55,381 nt of DNA, taken from Actinomycetales bacterium (GTDB lineage Bacteria > Actinomycetota > Actinomycetes > Actinomycetales > CAVURS01). The translations under genes and the position numbers were made by a program. Within the stretch, counting starts at the first letter, position 1, and each line of letters starts with the position of its first letter. The stretch is from positions 1-55,381 of the forward strand of contig JBJMHS010000009.1 in NCBI GenBank assembly GCA_045807245.1, given 5' to 3'. The notes under the pieces were generated by a model. It had not been told where the DNA came from and did no database searches. It saw only the letters and a list, made by a program, of their open reading frames with translations. This document shows positions 19,908 to 29,092 of this stretch, piece after piece.

Positions 19908-20339
19908 CTAGGCGGTCGCCAGCTGGTCCTCGCGTCGCAGGTTCTGCAGCCGCACCTGACCGCGGGCCACGAGCCGCTCACGCTGGTCGCGGATCTCGAC
20001 CAGCCACAGCTGCTGCAGGCGGCCCCGGTGCACGGGCGTCCCGACCGCGGTCAGCTGTCCCTCGCGCACCGCGCGCAGGAAGTCGGTGTGGTTCGAGACA
20101 CCGACGACCTGGCCGTCCTCGCCCAGCCACAGCGTGCCGGCGATGCTCGCGACGGTCTCGACCACTGTGCAGTAGACGCCGCCGTGCGTCACGCCGTACG
20201 GCTGCCAGTGGGTCGGTTCGACGTTCCAGTGGCAGACCAGCCGGTCAGGAGTCACCTCGTCGATGACGAGCCCGAGCGGCCCGGTGTAGCCGTCGGTGAA
20301 CATGCGCTGGATGTCCGCCGGCGTGATCTCGTCGGTCAC
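19908..20339 (-). CDS. PaaI family thioesterase
   Basis: QPYGVTHGGVYCTVVETVAS, VVGVSNHTDFLRAV, PVHRGR. Confidence 0.88.
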   Translation of the reverse strand: MTDEITPADIQRMFTDGYTGPLGLVIDEVTPDRLVCHWNVEPTHWQPYGVTHGGVYCTVVETVASIAGTLWLGEDGQVVGVSNHTDFLRAVREGQLTAVGTPVHRGRLQQLWLVEIRDQRERLVARGQVRLQNLRREDQLATA

Positions 20340-20388
20340 AAGCCGAGAGCCTAACCGCGGCGGCCCACCGAGGCCGGATCCAACGCGC

Positions 20389-22347
20389 TCACTCCTCGGA
20401 CGTGCCCGTGGCCAGACCCTCCTTGATGAGGTCCATAACTGTCGAGTCGGCCAGTGTCGTGACGTCACCGACCTCGCGGTTCTCGGCGATGTCCTTGAGC
20501 AGCCGGCGCATGATCTTGCCGGACCTGGTCTTGGGCAGCTCGGCCACGACCATGATCTGGCGCGGCTTGGCGATCGGCCCGATCTCCTTGGCCACGTGGT
20601 CGCGCAGCTCCTTGACGACGTCCGGCCCGCCGTCCCCCGCCTCGGACCGCAGGATGACGAACGCACAGATCGCCTGACCGGTCATCTCGTCCGCTGCCCC
20701 GACGACCGCCGCCTCCGCGACCTTGGGGTGCGACACGAGTGCCGACTCGATCTCGGTCGTCGACATGCGGTGGCCGGACACGTTCATGACGTCGTCGACG
20801 CGCCCCAGCAGCCACAGGTCTCCGTCCTCGTCGCGCTTCGCGCCGTCACCGGCGAAGTACCGGCCCTCGAAGCGCGACCAGTACGTCTCCTTGTAGCGCT
20901 CGTCGTCCCCCCACAGGGTGCGCAACATCGCCGGCCAGGGCTCGGTGAGCACCAGGTACCCACCCGACCCGTTCGGCACCGACGCGCCGCTGTCGTCGAC
21001 CACGTCCGCACTGACGCCGGGCAACGGAGTCATTGCGGCGCCTGGCTTTCCGGCCGTGACGCCGGGCAGTGGGCTGATCATGATGGAGCCGGTCTCGGTC
21101 TGCCACCAGGTGTCCACGACGGGGCAACGACCGCTGCCGATCGTCTCGCGGTACCAGATATAGGCCTCGGGGTTGATCGGCTCGCCGACGCTGCCGATGA
21201 TGCGCAGCGTCGACAGGTCGAACTTCGCCGGGATGTCGGCGCCCCACTTCATGAACGTGCGGATCGCCGTCGGCGCGCAGTACAGGATCGTCACGCCGTA
21301 CTTCTGGATGATCTCCCACCACCGGCCCTGGTGCGGCGTGTCCGGCGTGCCCTCGTACATGACCGACGTGACGCCGTTGGCGAGCGGGCCGTAGACGATG
21401 TAGCTGTGGCCGGTGACCCAGCCGATGTCTGCGGCCGTCCACCAGACATCGGTGTCCGGCTTGACGTCGAAGACGCCCCAGTGGGTGTACGAGCAGCCGG
21501 TCAGGTAGCCACCGGTCGTGTGCAGGATCCCCTTCGGCTTGCCGGTCGTGCCGGACGTGTACATGACGTAGAGCGGATGCTCCGCGTCGAACGCTTCGGC
21601 CTTGTGGTCCGGGGAGGCGCTGCCCACGACGTCGTGCCACCAGACGTCGCGCCCGTCGGTCCACGCGACCTCCTGGCCGGTACGGCGGACGACGAGCACC
21701 GAGCGCACGTCCGGGCACTCCTCGAGTGCGCTGTCGACCGCCGGCTTGAGCGCGGCCGGCGAGCCCTTGCGGTAGCCGCCGTCCGCGGTGATGACCACCC
21801 GGGCGTCGCAGTCCTGGATGCGGCCCTTCAGCGCGTCCGAGGAGAAGCCGCCGAACACCACCGTGTGCGGGGCGCCGATGCGCGCGCACGCGAGCATGGC
21901 CATCACCGTCTCAGGGATCATCGGCATGTAGATCGCGACGCGGTCACCGGCCTTGACGCCGAGGTCGGTCAGCGCGTTGGCGGCCTGGCATACCTCGTGG
22001 TGCAGCTCGGCGTAGGTGATGCTGCGGGTGTCGCCCGGCTCGCCCTCGAAGTGGTACGCGACCTTGTCACCACGGCCCGCCTCGACGTGCCGGTCGAGGC
22101 AGTTGTACGCCGCATTGAGCTTGCCGCCGACGAACCACTTCGCGAACGGCGGGTTGGTCCAGTCCAGGACCTCGTCCCAGTGCGTGTCCCACGTCAGTCG
22201 CTCGGCCTGGTCCGCCCAGAACCCGAGCCGGTCGGCCTTGGCCCGGTCGTAGGCCTCCGCGGTGAGGTTGGCGTTCGCCGCCAGGTCCGCAGGCGGCTCG
22301 AACCGGCGCTTCTCGTGCAGCATGTTCTCAAGGGCCGAGTCGCTCAC
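20389..22347 (-). CDS. acs: Acetyl-CoA synthetase
   Basis: [45 protein letters not shown]. Confidence 0.97.
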   Translation of the reverse strand: MSDSALENMLHEKRRFEPPADLAANANLTAEAYDRAKADRLGFWADQAERLTWDTHWDEVLDWTNPPFAKWFVGGKLNAAYNCLDRHVEAGRGDKVAYHFEGEPGDTRSITYAELHHEVCQAANALTDLGVKAGDRVAIYMPMIPETVMAMLACARIGAPHTVVFGGFSSDALKGRIQDCDARVVITADGGYRKGSPAALKPAVDSALEECPDVRSVLVVRRTGQEVAWTDGRDVWWHDVVGSASPDHKAEAFDAEHPLYVMYTSGTTGKPKGILHTTGGYLTGCSYTHWGVFDVKPDTDVWWTAADIGWVTGHSYIVYGPLANGVTSVMYEGTPDTPHQGRWWEIIQKYGVTILYCAPTAIRTFMKWGADIPAKFDLSTLRIIGSVGEPINPEAYIWYRETIGSGRCPVVDTWWQTETGSIMISPLPGVTAGKPGAAMTPLPGVSADVVDDSGASVPNGSGGYLVLTEPWPAMLRTLWGDDERYKETYWSRFEGRYFAGDGAKRDEDGDLWLLGRVDDVMNVSGHRMSTTEIESALVSHPKVAEAAVVGAADEMTGQAICAFVILRSEAGDGGPDVVKELRDHVAKEIGPIAKPRQIMVVAELPKTRSGKIMRRLLKDIAENREVGDVTTLADSTVMDLIKEGLATGTSEE

Positions 22348-22411
22348 TGTCTCTCCTCGCCGTCGGTTGCCGCTGCGCTAGCTGCCACTCCAGCAGGCTG
22401 GGGGGCAGGTT

Positions 22412-23068
22412 TCAAGCGCGCGACCAGACCGGCAGCACCGAGCGCTTGAACGTGAAGTTGGCGACCGTGGCGAACGAGCCGTACCAGGCGACGATGGCCG
22501 TCGCGAGACCCAGGTAGCCGCCGGCCTCGGTCCAGCCATGACCGGCCACGTCCTGGCCGTACGCGCCGATGGCGAGGGCGAGGAAGGTCAGCGTCAGCAG
22601 CACGAAGACCCCGAGAACGATCAGGTTGGTGCGCAGGGCCGCGATGGTGAGGTACGCGGTGATGATGGTCCAGATGACCAGGTACATGCCGACGCCCTTG
22701 TTCGCGTCTGCCCCCGCCTTGGACAGGTCGGTGTGCGCATTGAGGTACCAGAAGGACAGCCAGAACGCGCCGTACGACGAGAACGCCACCGCTCCGAACG
22801 AGTTGCCCTTCACGAACTCCCACATGCCGGCCAGCAGCTGGGCGATGCCGCCGTAGAACAGCGCGAGGCCCAGCACGACCGGGGCAACGCTGTCCGGGAG
22901 CCAGCCGGCGTTGACCGCGCTGAGGAAGAACGTGGTCGCGGCGAAGCCGGTGAGCCCGAGCCCGGCTGGGTCGGCGAACGCCGCTCCGAACATCGGCGTG
23001 GCGACCGGCTCGGCGACCGGGGCCGTCGTCTTCGAAACGGTGACTGCGTTGGGATCGGTAGTTGTCAT
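22412..23068 (-). CDS. satP: Acetate uptake transporter, GPR1/FUN34/YaaH (SatP) family
   Basis: ADPAGLGLTGFA (NPAPLGL-like), FYGGIAQLLAGMWEF, FSSYGAFW; 6 TMs; directly upstream of acs. Confidence 0.85.
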   Translation of the reverse strand: MTTTDPNAVTVSKTTAPVAEPVATPMFGAAFADPAGLGLTGFAATTFFLSAVNAGWLPDSVAPVVLGLALFYGGIAQLLAGMWEFVKGNSFGAVAFSSYGAFWLSFWYLNAHTDLSKAGADANKGVGMYLVIWTIITAYLTIAALRTNLIVLGVFVLLTLTFLALAIGAYGQDVAGHGWTEAGGYLGLATAIVAWYGSFATVANFTFKRSVLPVWSRA

Positions 23069-23186
23069 GCGAGCCACTTCCCTTCGTGGGCCTCCTCAGG
23101 CCTGTTTGCACGGTACGACGACTTGCGCAGTTCGGCAGGTCGAGCCGGGTCCGCCGCCTCATCCCGGAGCGGGCTAGGGTGCCGTG

Positions 23187-23492
23187 ATGCCGTACGGGTA
23201 CCTCGGGACGATGCGCACGCAGCCCGGTCTGCGCGACGAGGTCGTCCGGTCGTTGGTCGAGGGCGCCGAGGCGGTGCGAGCGGTCGGCTGCCAGCTGTAC
23301 GTCGTGAGCGTCAACGCGCAGGACCCGGACCGGATCTGGGTGAACGAGGTCTGGGACAGCAAGGAGCAGCACGACGCCTCGCTCCAGCTCCCCGCTGTGA
23401 AGGCCGCCATCGCCGAGACGATGCCCAAGCTCACCGGCGAGTTCACCAGCCAGGAGCTGCAGGTCATCGGCGGTCTCGGCGTCAAGGGGTGA
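23187..23492 (+). CDS. Antibiotic biosynthesis monooxygenase (ABM) domain protein
   Basis: PGLRDEV...DPDRIWVNEVWDSKEQHDASL; TAGGGT 6 nt before ATG. Confidence 0.85.
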   Translation: MPYGYLGTMRTQPGLRDEVVRSLVEGAEAVRAVGCQLYVVSVNAQDPDRIWVNEVWDSKEQHDASLQLPAVKAAIAETMPKLTGEFTSQELQVIGGLGVKG

Positions 23493-24352
23493 CCCAGCCG
23501 TCACTCGGCGACGACCCGCTCGCCCGGCTTGCGGCTCTACCCCGCGTCGCCGAAGCGGTCGAGCGAGCCCGGGACGCCTGTACGGCGTTGCGCTGGCATC
23601 CGCTCCTTCGTCGCCGGATGGAGGAGGCTCGCGCCGAGTCGGCCGTGCGAGGCGCCCGCGCCAGTGCGGCCCTCGACGGTGCCGAGCTGCCTCTGGAGCG
23701 AGTGCGTGAGCTCCTTGTGGCACAACCGCTTTCGACGCAGGAGGTCGGGGGGGCCGAGGCCACGGACGCGGTCACGCGGCACGTCGTCGGTGCGCTGAGG
23801 GCCACTCTCGCCGCAGCTGATCTGGGTGGTGTGCTGTCCAGCGCACCGGCCCAAGCCTTGGCCCGGCTGCACCTGGCCGCCATGTCCGGCCAGGACAGGT
23901 TCGACCCCGACCTGCTGGGCCGGCCTCGCCCGGCCGGTACGCCGCCGCGCGACCTGGTCGACCTCGGTCCGGCCCCCGACGGTCCGGCATTGGCCCAGCG
24001 TCTCGATGGACTCGGTCGCCTGCTCACCCGGCCGACGCAGACGCCGGCCCTCGTGCTCGCCGCCGTGGTCCACGGTGAGCTGCTGGCGATGCGCCCGTTC
24101 AGCGCAGGCAACGGCGTGGTCGCCCGCGCCGTGGCCCGCGCCGTCATCGTGGCCCGTGGCCTCGACCCGACCGGTGTGGGCGTGCCCGAGGTCGGCCTGC
24201 TGGCCGGCGGAGCGACCGCGTACGTCGGGGCCGCCGCGGCCTACGCGACCGGCACCCCCGACGGTGTGGCCCTGTGGCTGGTCCAATGCGCCGACGCGGT
24301 CGAGCTCGGCGCCCGCGAGGGTGCCCTCCTCGCCGATGCCCTGCGGACCTAG
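23489..24352 (+). CDS. Fic-like protein with a degenerate motif (Rv3662c-like)
   Basis: DPLARLAALP, ESAVRGARASAALDGA, QALARLHL, HGELLAMRPFSAGNGVVARA; GTGA overlap with the ABM gene. Confidence 0.82.
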   Translation: MTQPSLGDDPLARLAALPRVAEAVERARDACTALRWHPLLRRRMEEARAESAVRGARASAALDGAELPLERVRELLVAQPLSTQEVGGAEATDAVTRHVVGALRATLAAADLGGVLSSAPAQALARLHLAAMSGQDRFDPDLLGRPRPAGTPPRDLVDLGPAPDGPALAQRLDGLGRLLTRPTQTPALVLAAVVHGELLAMRPFSAGNGVVARAVARAVIVARGLDPTGVGVPEVGLLAGGATAYVGAAAAYATGTPDGVALWLVQCADAVELGAREGALLADALRT

Positions 24353-25416
24353 TCGATCGACGTACCGCAGGACCGTTCGACCGTCGCACCCAAGGTCGCC
24401 AGCAGCAGGCCCTTGAGCGAGTAGGTCGTCGGGTCCGACCCGTCACCGGTGGCCGGTGCGGGCCGGCCCACCCGGCGGACCTCGACCTGGGCTGAGTCGG
24501 CCCACGCGCCCAAGGTGTACAGCTCATGGCACGAGGTCACCCGCACCCGCACGGTGACGCTCTGGCTCTGTCCTGGCGGCAGGACGATCGGCCCTCGCGG
24601 GTTCGGTGTCAGGTCGAACACCCGGGACGGCTCCGCACTCAACGTGATGGACCTCGCCTCGGGCGCGCGGTTCTCCAGGATCAGGGTCGCCTGCTCGGCG
24701 GTGAACGTGGACTGCACGTACACCCCGTCGACGCCGCCGGACGCCGCGTCAGGGATGGGGTGCAGGCACAGCCGGTTGAGCACGTCCCGGAAGGCCACCC
24801 CCACACCCCCTCCCTCGACGACGGGGACGTCGGCGCTCCGCTCGGAACGGTCGGCTCCGGTCACCAGCAGTCGCAGCGTGAGTGAGGCACTGGGGTACGT
24901 CGAGCGGCAGGCGGCGTGCGCGACCATGACCACCTCCGTCGTACGCCCGGTCGCCACTTGCGCCTGCGGCACAACGGTGAGGTGCAGGTCCACGGGGTTG
25001 CGCGGGGTGTGCGCTGCGACGGACAGCACCCGGACCGGGTCGGCCCCCAGGTTGGTGACGTGGAGCTCGAGGTCCTCGCTGGGGTCCTGGCTGGTGCTGC
25101 GCAGGTTCGGCCCGTCGTCCTCGAGCCAGCTCAGCACCGCTGGATGCGCAGCGGCGGACGAGCTGCGGGAGTCCGCCCGGTGCGCACCGACCTGCCAGCC
25201 GACGGCCGCGCTGAGCAGGCCGACGACGGCCACGGCCACGAGGGTGCGTCGTGGCCCGGATGCCTTGAGCCGCAGGCGGTTAACGCTGGTTACTGGCCCC
25301 GGATGAGGGGTGGGCGCAGTCCCGTGCAGCAGCTCGCCGAGGTCGAGGTCGACCGCCAGCTCCCTGGGCGGCTCGCGGTTCGCCTGCACCGGCAGCTCGG
25401 CCAGGTCGTCTCTCAT
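24349..25416 (-). CDS. Hypothetical single-TM protein, paralog 3 of a tandem triplet (355 aa)
   Basis: One TM (LVAVAVVGLLSAAVGW), LHVTNLGADPVRV, four Cys, ends ERSCG; ATGA overlap with the upstream paralog. Confidence 0.8.
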   Translation of the reverse strand: MRDDLAELPVQANREPPRELAVDLDLGELLHGTAPTPHPGPVTSVNRLRLKASGPRRTLVAVAVVGLLSAAVGWQVGAHRADSRSSSAAAHPAVLSWLEDDGPNLRSTSQDPSEDLELHVTNLGADPVRVLSVAAHTPRNPVDLHLTVVPQAQVATGRTTEVVMVAHAACRSTYPSASLTLRLLVTGADRSERSADVPVVEGGGVGVAFRDVLNRLCLHPIPDAASGGVDGVYVQSTFTAEQATLILENRAPEARSITLSAEPSRVFDLTPNPRGPIVLPPGQSQSVTVRVRVTSCHELYTLGAWADSAQVEVRRVGRPAPATGDGSDPTTYSLKGLLLATLGATVERSCGTSID

Positions 25417-26462
25417 GAGCCGCACGCGCGTTGGATCGCTGCGCCGCCGGGCACCAGCATGAGGTCGGGTAGGCCGAACCCGGTCTGCACGTCGCCCGTC
25501 GCGGACGCCTCGAGACTGTCGCCGCGCCGTACGACGTCGAGGGCGACCGAAGCCGCCCACTCGCGGAGGCTGACGACGGCGGAGCAGTCCAGGACGCGCA
25601 CGCGCAGTGTGATGGCGAGCGCCTCCTCCGGGCGCAGGACGCGATCTCCGATGAGGCTCGAAACCAGCGCGAACGCCGGGCTCTCGTCGGAGGTGACCCG
25701 GACCTGGCGGAGTCCCTTGGAGTGGTTGGTGATCGTGACCGTCGCACCGGCCGCCCCCGCGCTCTGGTCGATGACCAGCCCGTCCACTCCGGAGGCCGGG
25801 TCGTCGCGCGTGGGGTACGAGCAGACGCGGTCCAGGATGGAGCTGAGCAGGTCGCCGATCCGCCCGTCCGCACCGGCCGGGACCGTGAGGGTACGACGCG
25901 AGCCGTCCGCCGCCGTACGGACGAGGACAACGGACAGGAACGCGCCCTCGTACCGGGAGCTGCACGACGGGCGCGCCACCAGCGGCGCGATCGTGTTGTC
26001 ATCCGGTGCTATCGGGACGGGCGAGTAGCCGTCGAGCTGGACCGTCGCGTTGCCCTCGTCCGTGCTGATCGAGACCGACCGGATCCGCACCGGGTCCGGG
26101 CTCAGGTTGGCGACGTGGAGGTTGACTGCGACCCGTGGGTCGTCCGGAGCACTGGCGAGGGTCGGGCCGCCGTCCACCACCCAGGCGAACACCGCAGGAT
26201 GGGCGACCGCGAGCCGGTCGAGGGCCGACTGCCGTCGGTCAGCGCCGACGTGCCACCCGGCGAACGCGGTCAGCAGCCCCACGAGCAGGGCAAGCACCGG
26301 AGCGGTCCAGGGCTGCCAGCGGCGCAACCGAAGCCGGGCCGGCACCTGCGGCGGCGTCGGAGCGGAGCTGCCTTGACGCGGCAGCTCGCCGAGGTCGAAC
26401 TCGACGGGCCGCGGCGTGAGCGGGCCTGGTGCCGGCTCGAGACCGACCACCTCGCGCGTCAT
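25413..26462 (-). CDS. Hypothetical single-TM protein, paralog 2 (349 aa)
   Basis: TM (VLALLVGLLTAFAGW), LHVANLSPDPVRI, four Cys, ends QRACGS; colinear similarity to the neighbouring gene. Confidence 0.82.
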   Translation of the reverse strand: MTREVVGLEPAPGPLTPRPVEFDLGELPRQGSSAPTPPQVPARLRLRRWQPWTAPVLALLVGLLTAFAGWHVGADRRQSALDRLAVAHPAVFAWVVDGGPTLASAPDDPRVAVNLHVANLSPDPVRIRSVSISTDEGNATVQLDGYSPVPIAPDDNTIAPLVARPSCSSRYEGAFLSVVLVRTAADGSRRTLTVPAGADGRIGDLLSSILDRVCSYPTRDDPASGVDGLVIDQSAGAAGATVTITNHSKGLRQVRVTSDESPAFALVSSLIGDRVLRPEEALAITLRVRVLDCSAVVSLREWAASVALDVVRRGDSLEASATGDVQTGFGLPDLMLVPGGAAIQRACGS

Positions 26463-26486
26463 GGTCCGGACCTCACAGTCGCGGCC

Positions 26487-27542
26487 TCATCCGCGCGGTC
26501 CACACGCGCGGCCCGCGGCTTGAGCGACCAGCACGGGCAGGTAGCTGTCCCCCGTTTGCTGGGAGCCGATGGAGACGCCGAGGTTCTGCAGCGCGTCGAG
26601 ATCCAGAGGCGCCCGCGAACAGCTGGCAACGCGTGGCGTCACCTTGACGATGAACGTCGTACCGGGTCGAGCGAGCGCCGGCAGTCGGGGCACCGTGACG
26701 TACTGCACCGGTACGCCGACGTTCGGCGTCATGAGGGTCACCATCTGCGGGCCCGTCGTGACGTCGATGGTCATCGTCACCGTGCGGCCGTCCGAGACGG
26801 ACCCGTAGTCGAACGGTGCTGCGGAGGCGTCGTCCTGGACGCAGGCCGTCAGCAGGCCGCCCTGCTCGTTGACCGTGTCGAGGTTGACCGGCAGCGAGTG
26901 CACCCGACCGTCGACCGTGCGCACCTTCGCGAACATCTGCGGGGGGCCGAAGCCGAGCTGGAACGACGGCCGGCACGGCAGCTGGAGGGTGTACTCCGTC
27001 TCGCGGTTCAGGCCGGGCGCCACCGGTCCCGAGGCATCCGCTACGTCGTTGGCGATGACGACGTCGTCGGGGTCGCCGCCGTTCATGACGTCGAGGGCGA
27101 TCACCGTCACATCGGCCGGGCCGAGGTTGTGCACTTGGACGTCGGCCGTCACCGACCCCTGCGGCGCGTCCGCACCGGACTGATGGACGCCGTTCAGCCG
27201 GATGTCGACGGCGACGCGCGCGTCCCGTTCGGCCCTGGCCTGCTCGGCTGCGCGGAACTGGACAACGGAGGCGGTCAGCGCCATCAGGACCAGGCAGATC
27301 AGGACGGTGCGGATCGTCGTACGGCGGGCGGTTTGGTCCGTCTTGAGCCGGACCAGCCGTGCGGTCAACGCGCCGAGACCGGGACGCCGGCGGGTGTGCG
27401 GCTCGGGACCGGGAGACGGCTCGATCGTGACCGGCTGGAGCTCGTCCAGCTCGACCACCGGGCTCGTCGTGGCGCGCGGGTCGACCAGCTCGGGCGCGAT
27501 CGTCCGGGCGCCCCCGCTGGAGTCGAGGATCTCGCTGCCCAT
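26487..27542 (-). CDS. Hypothetical single-TM protein, paralog 1 (351 aa, more diverged)
   Basis: TM (TVLICLVLMALTASVV), VQVHNLGPADVTV, PRVASC, ends GRACG. Confidence 0.75.
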   Translation of the reverse strand: MGSEILDSSGGARTIAPELVDPRATTSPVVELDELQPVTIEPSPGPEPHTRRRPGLGALTARLVRLKTDQTARRTTIRTVLICLVLMALTASVVQFRAAEQARAERDARVAVDIRLNGVHQSGADAPQGSVTADVQVHNLGPADVTVIALDVMNGGDPDDVVIANDVADASGPVAPGLNRETEYTLQLPCRPSFQLGFGPPQMFAKVRTVDGRVHSLPVNLDTVNEQGGLLTACVQDDASAAPFDYGSVSDGRTVTMTIDVTTGPQMVTLMTPNVGVPVQYVTVPRLPALARPGTTFIVKVTPRVASCSRAPLDLDALQNLGVSIGSQQTGDSYLPVLVAQAAGRACGPRG

Positions 27543-27594
27543 GGTGCGGACAATCGTCGCACCGCAGAGCCCTCTCGGCGTACTGGTGGCTTGC

Positions 27595-27776
27595 ACACGA
27601 CGACGCCCCGCCGATGACGGGGCGTCGTCATCCCACGGCGTACCGGCTACCAAGCGTCAAACGCGTCGTCGCAGTGGGGCGAGCCCGCCACGACCGGTCC
27701 ACATGTGGACTGCCTTTGCGTGGGTACCTGACTGCCGTGTGCTGTTGGTCCGTTCCGGTTCACCCGGTCCGGGTCG
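27595..27776 (-). ncRNA. Ms1/MTS2823/scr3559-like RNA-polymerase-binding small RNA (boundaries approximate)
   Basis: Lies just downstream of the HAD gene on the same strand, the known Ms1 position; own promoter and 3' hairpin; contains GGTACCCACGC and GACGCTTGGTAGCC, resembling segments I recall as conserved in Ms1 homologs. Confidence 0.7.
27599..27629 (-). terminator. GC-rich hairpin at the 3' end of the Ms1-like RNA
   Basis: GACGACGCCCCG-CCGATGA-CGGGGCGTCGTC, perfect 12-bp stem. Confidence 0.75.
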
Positions 27777-27782
27777 CCTCCC

Positions 27783-27811
27783 TGTCTACTCCCCATCACC
27801 GGCGATGTGAA
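27783..27811 (-). promoter_or_regulatory. Putative promoter of the Ms1-like RNA
   Basis: Minus strand TTCACA-N17-TAGACA. Confidence 0.5.
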
Positions 27812-27838
27812 GAGGCCTGCGGCGTGTCACCGGCGCGC

Positions 27839-28717
27839 TCAGCCGGCACGTGGCGTACGGCGCCTCGCGGCGTACCAGACCAGTCCCGCGGCCGCCGCTC
27901 CCGCACCGACTGCGGCGGCGGCCATCGCGGGCCGGGTCGATCGCAGGTCGCTGAACCGGCCCCGCAACGGCACCGGCTGGTGGAAGTCGAGGACCGGCCA
28001 CCCGCGTCGGGCGGCGGCCTGGCGCAACGCTCGGTCCGGGTTGACGGCGCACGGGTGGCCGACCGCCTCGAGCATCGGGAGATCGGTTGCGGAGTCGCTG
28101 TACGCGTACGACTGGGAGAGGTCGTAGGACTCGATCTCGGCCAGTTGCCGGATCGCCTCAGCCTTCGCGGATCCGTAGACGTACCAACCGATTTCGCCGG
28201 TGTAGCGGCCGTCGACGATCTCCATCTGGGTGGCGATGACATGGTCGGCGCCGAGCAGCTCACCGATCGGCTCGACGACCTCGGTGCCGGACGAGCTGAC
28301 GATCACGACATCCCGTCCGGACGCATGATGCTGCTCGATCAGGTCGGCGGCTTCGTCGTAGACCATGGGGTCGATCAGGTCGTGCAGGGTCTCCGCCACG
28401 ATCGCCTTGACGTGTTCGACGTCCCACCCGGTGCACATCGCGGACAGGTAGGCCCGCATCCGCTCCATCTGGTCGTGGCCCGCCCCGGCCGACGAGAAGA
28501 CGAACTGGGCATAGCCACTTCGCAGGACGGCCCGCCGGGTGATCAGGCCACCGCGGTAGAACGGTTTGGCGTAGGCGAGTGTGCTCGACTTCGCGATGAC
28601 GGTCTTGTCCAGGTCGAAGAACGCCGCTGGACGACGTAGCCGGGCCCCCTGACCGGTCGCCTGCCCGGCCCCCTCACCGGTCGCCTGCCCGGTCGCTGGG
28701 GCCGGGGTGTCGCTCAC
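27839..28717 (-). CDS. HAD-IB family hydrolase (Rv3661-like)
   Basis: AAFFDLDKTVIAKSS, IVSSSG, AYSDSATDLPML, AVNPD; TATCCT 6 nt before GTG. Confidence 0.92.
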   Translation of the reverse strand: MSDTPAPATGQATGEGAGQATGQGARLRRPAAFFDLDKTVIAKSSTLAYAKPFYRGGLITRRAVLRSGYAQFVFSSAGAGHDQMERMRAYLSAMCTGWDVEHVKAIVAETLHDLIDPMVYDEAADLIEQHHASGRDVVIVSSSGTEVVEPIGELLGADHVIATQMEIVDGRYTGEIGWYVYGSAKAEAIRQLAEIESYDLSQSYAYSDSATDLPMLEAVGHPCAVNPDRALRQAAARRGWPVLDFHQPVPLRGRFSDLRSTRPAMAAAAVGAGAAAAGLVWYAARRRTPRAG

Positions 28718-28844
28718 CCCTCGAGGATAGGCAGTCACGGTCCGGGCCCACGGCATCGCCCGTTCGGCCGTCCGCCGCTCGTCCGAACGGCTCGCAGGGC
28801 AAGCAACGTTTGCCAGGACGCCCGCGGCGGTACAGACTTTCAGT

Positions 28845-28940
28845 GCCGGCCCTACGGGACCGTGCCCCGCCCCGGCTCCTCCCCCCCGAGCCGGAGCGAT
28901 AGACGGCCCCCGTTGTCCCCCCGACGGGGGCCGTCGCCGC
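28845..28940 (+). ncRNA. 6C RNA (B11/MTS2822-like)
   Basis: Two hairpins with C-rich loops: CCGGCTC-CTCCCCCCC-GAGCCGG (28872-28894) and GACGGCCCCCGTTG-TCCCCC-CGACGGGGGCCGTC (28902-28935); TTGCCA-N17-CAGACT upstream; between HAD and ssd as in other actinobacteria. Confidence 0.85.
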
Positions 28941-29002
28941 GCTACCGACCGTCGTCCCGCGCGTGTCTGCCTCTCTGCACCGGTGCCACCGGTCACTCTC
29001 GG

Positions 29003-29040
29003 CTGTCCACAGCACGCCTGGTTCGTCCCGTCGTCCACAG
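29003..29040 (+). promoter_or_regulatory. GTCCACAG direct-repeat pair upstream of ssd
   Basis: GTCCACAG at 29005 and 29033 (28-bp period). Confidence 0.6.
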
Positions 29041-29092
29041 GGGCTGCGGCGGCTGGGCGAGACCGTCGCCGGACAGGTCGACGGTGGGCCGC

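Noticed and set aside
28643..28690. 24-bp duplication near the HAD start
   Set aside because: In-frame low-complexity N-terminal extension (GQATGEGAGQATGQG) with no sign of separate function
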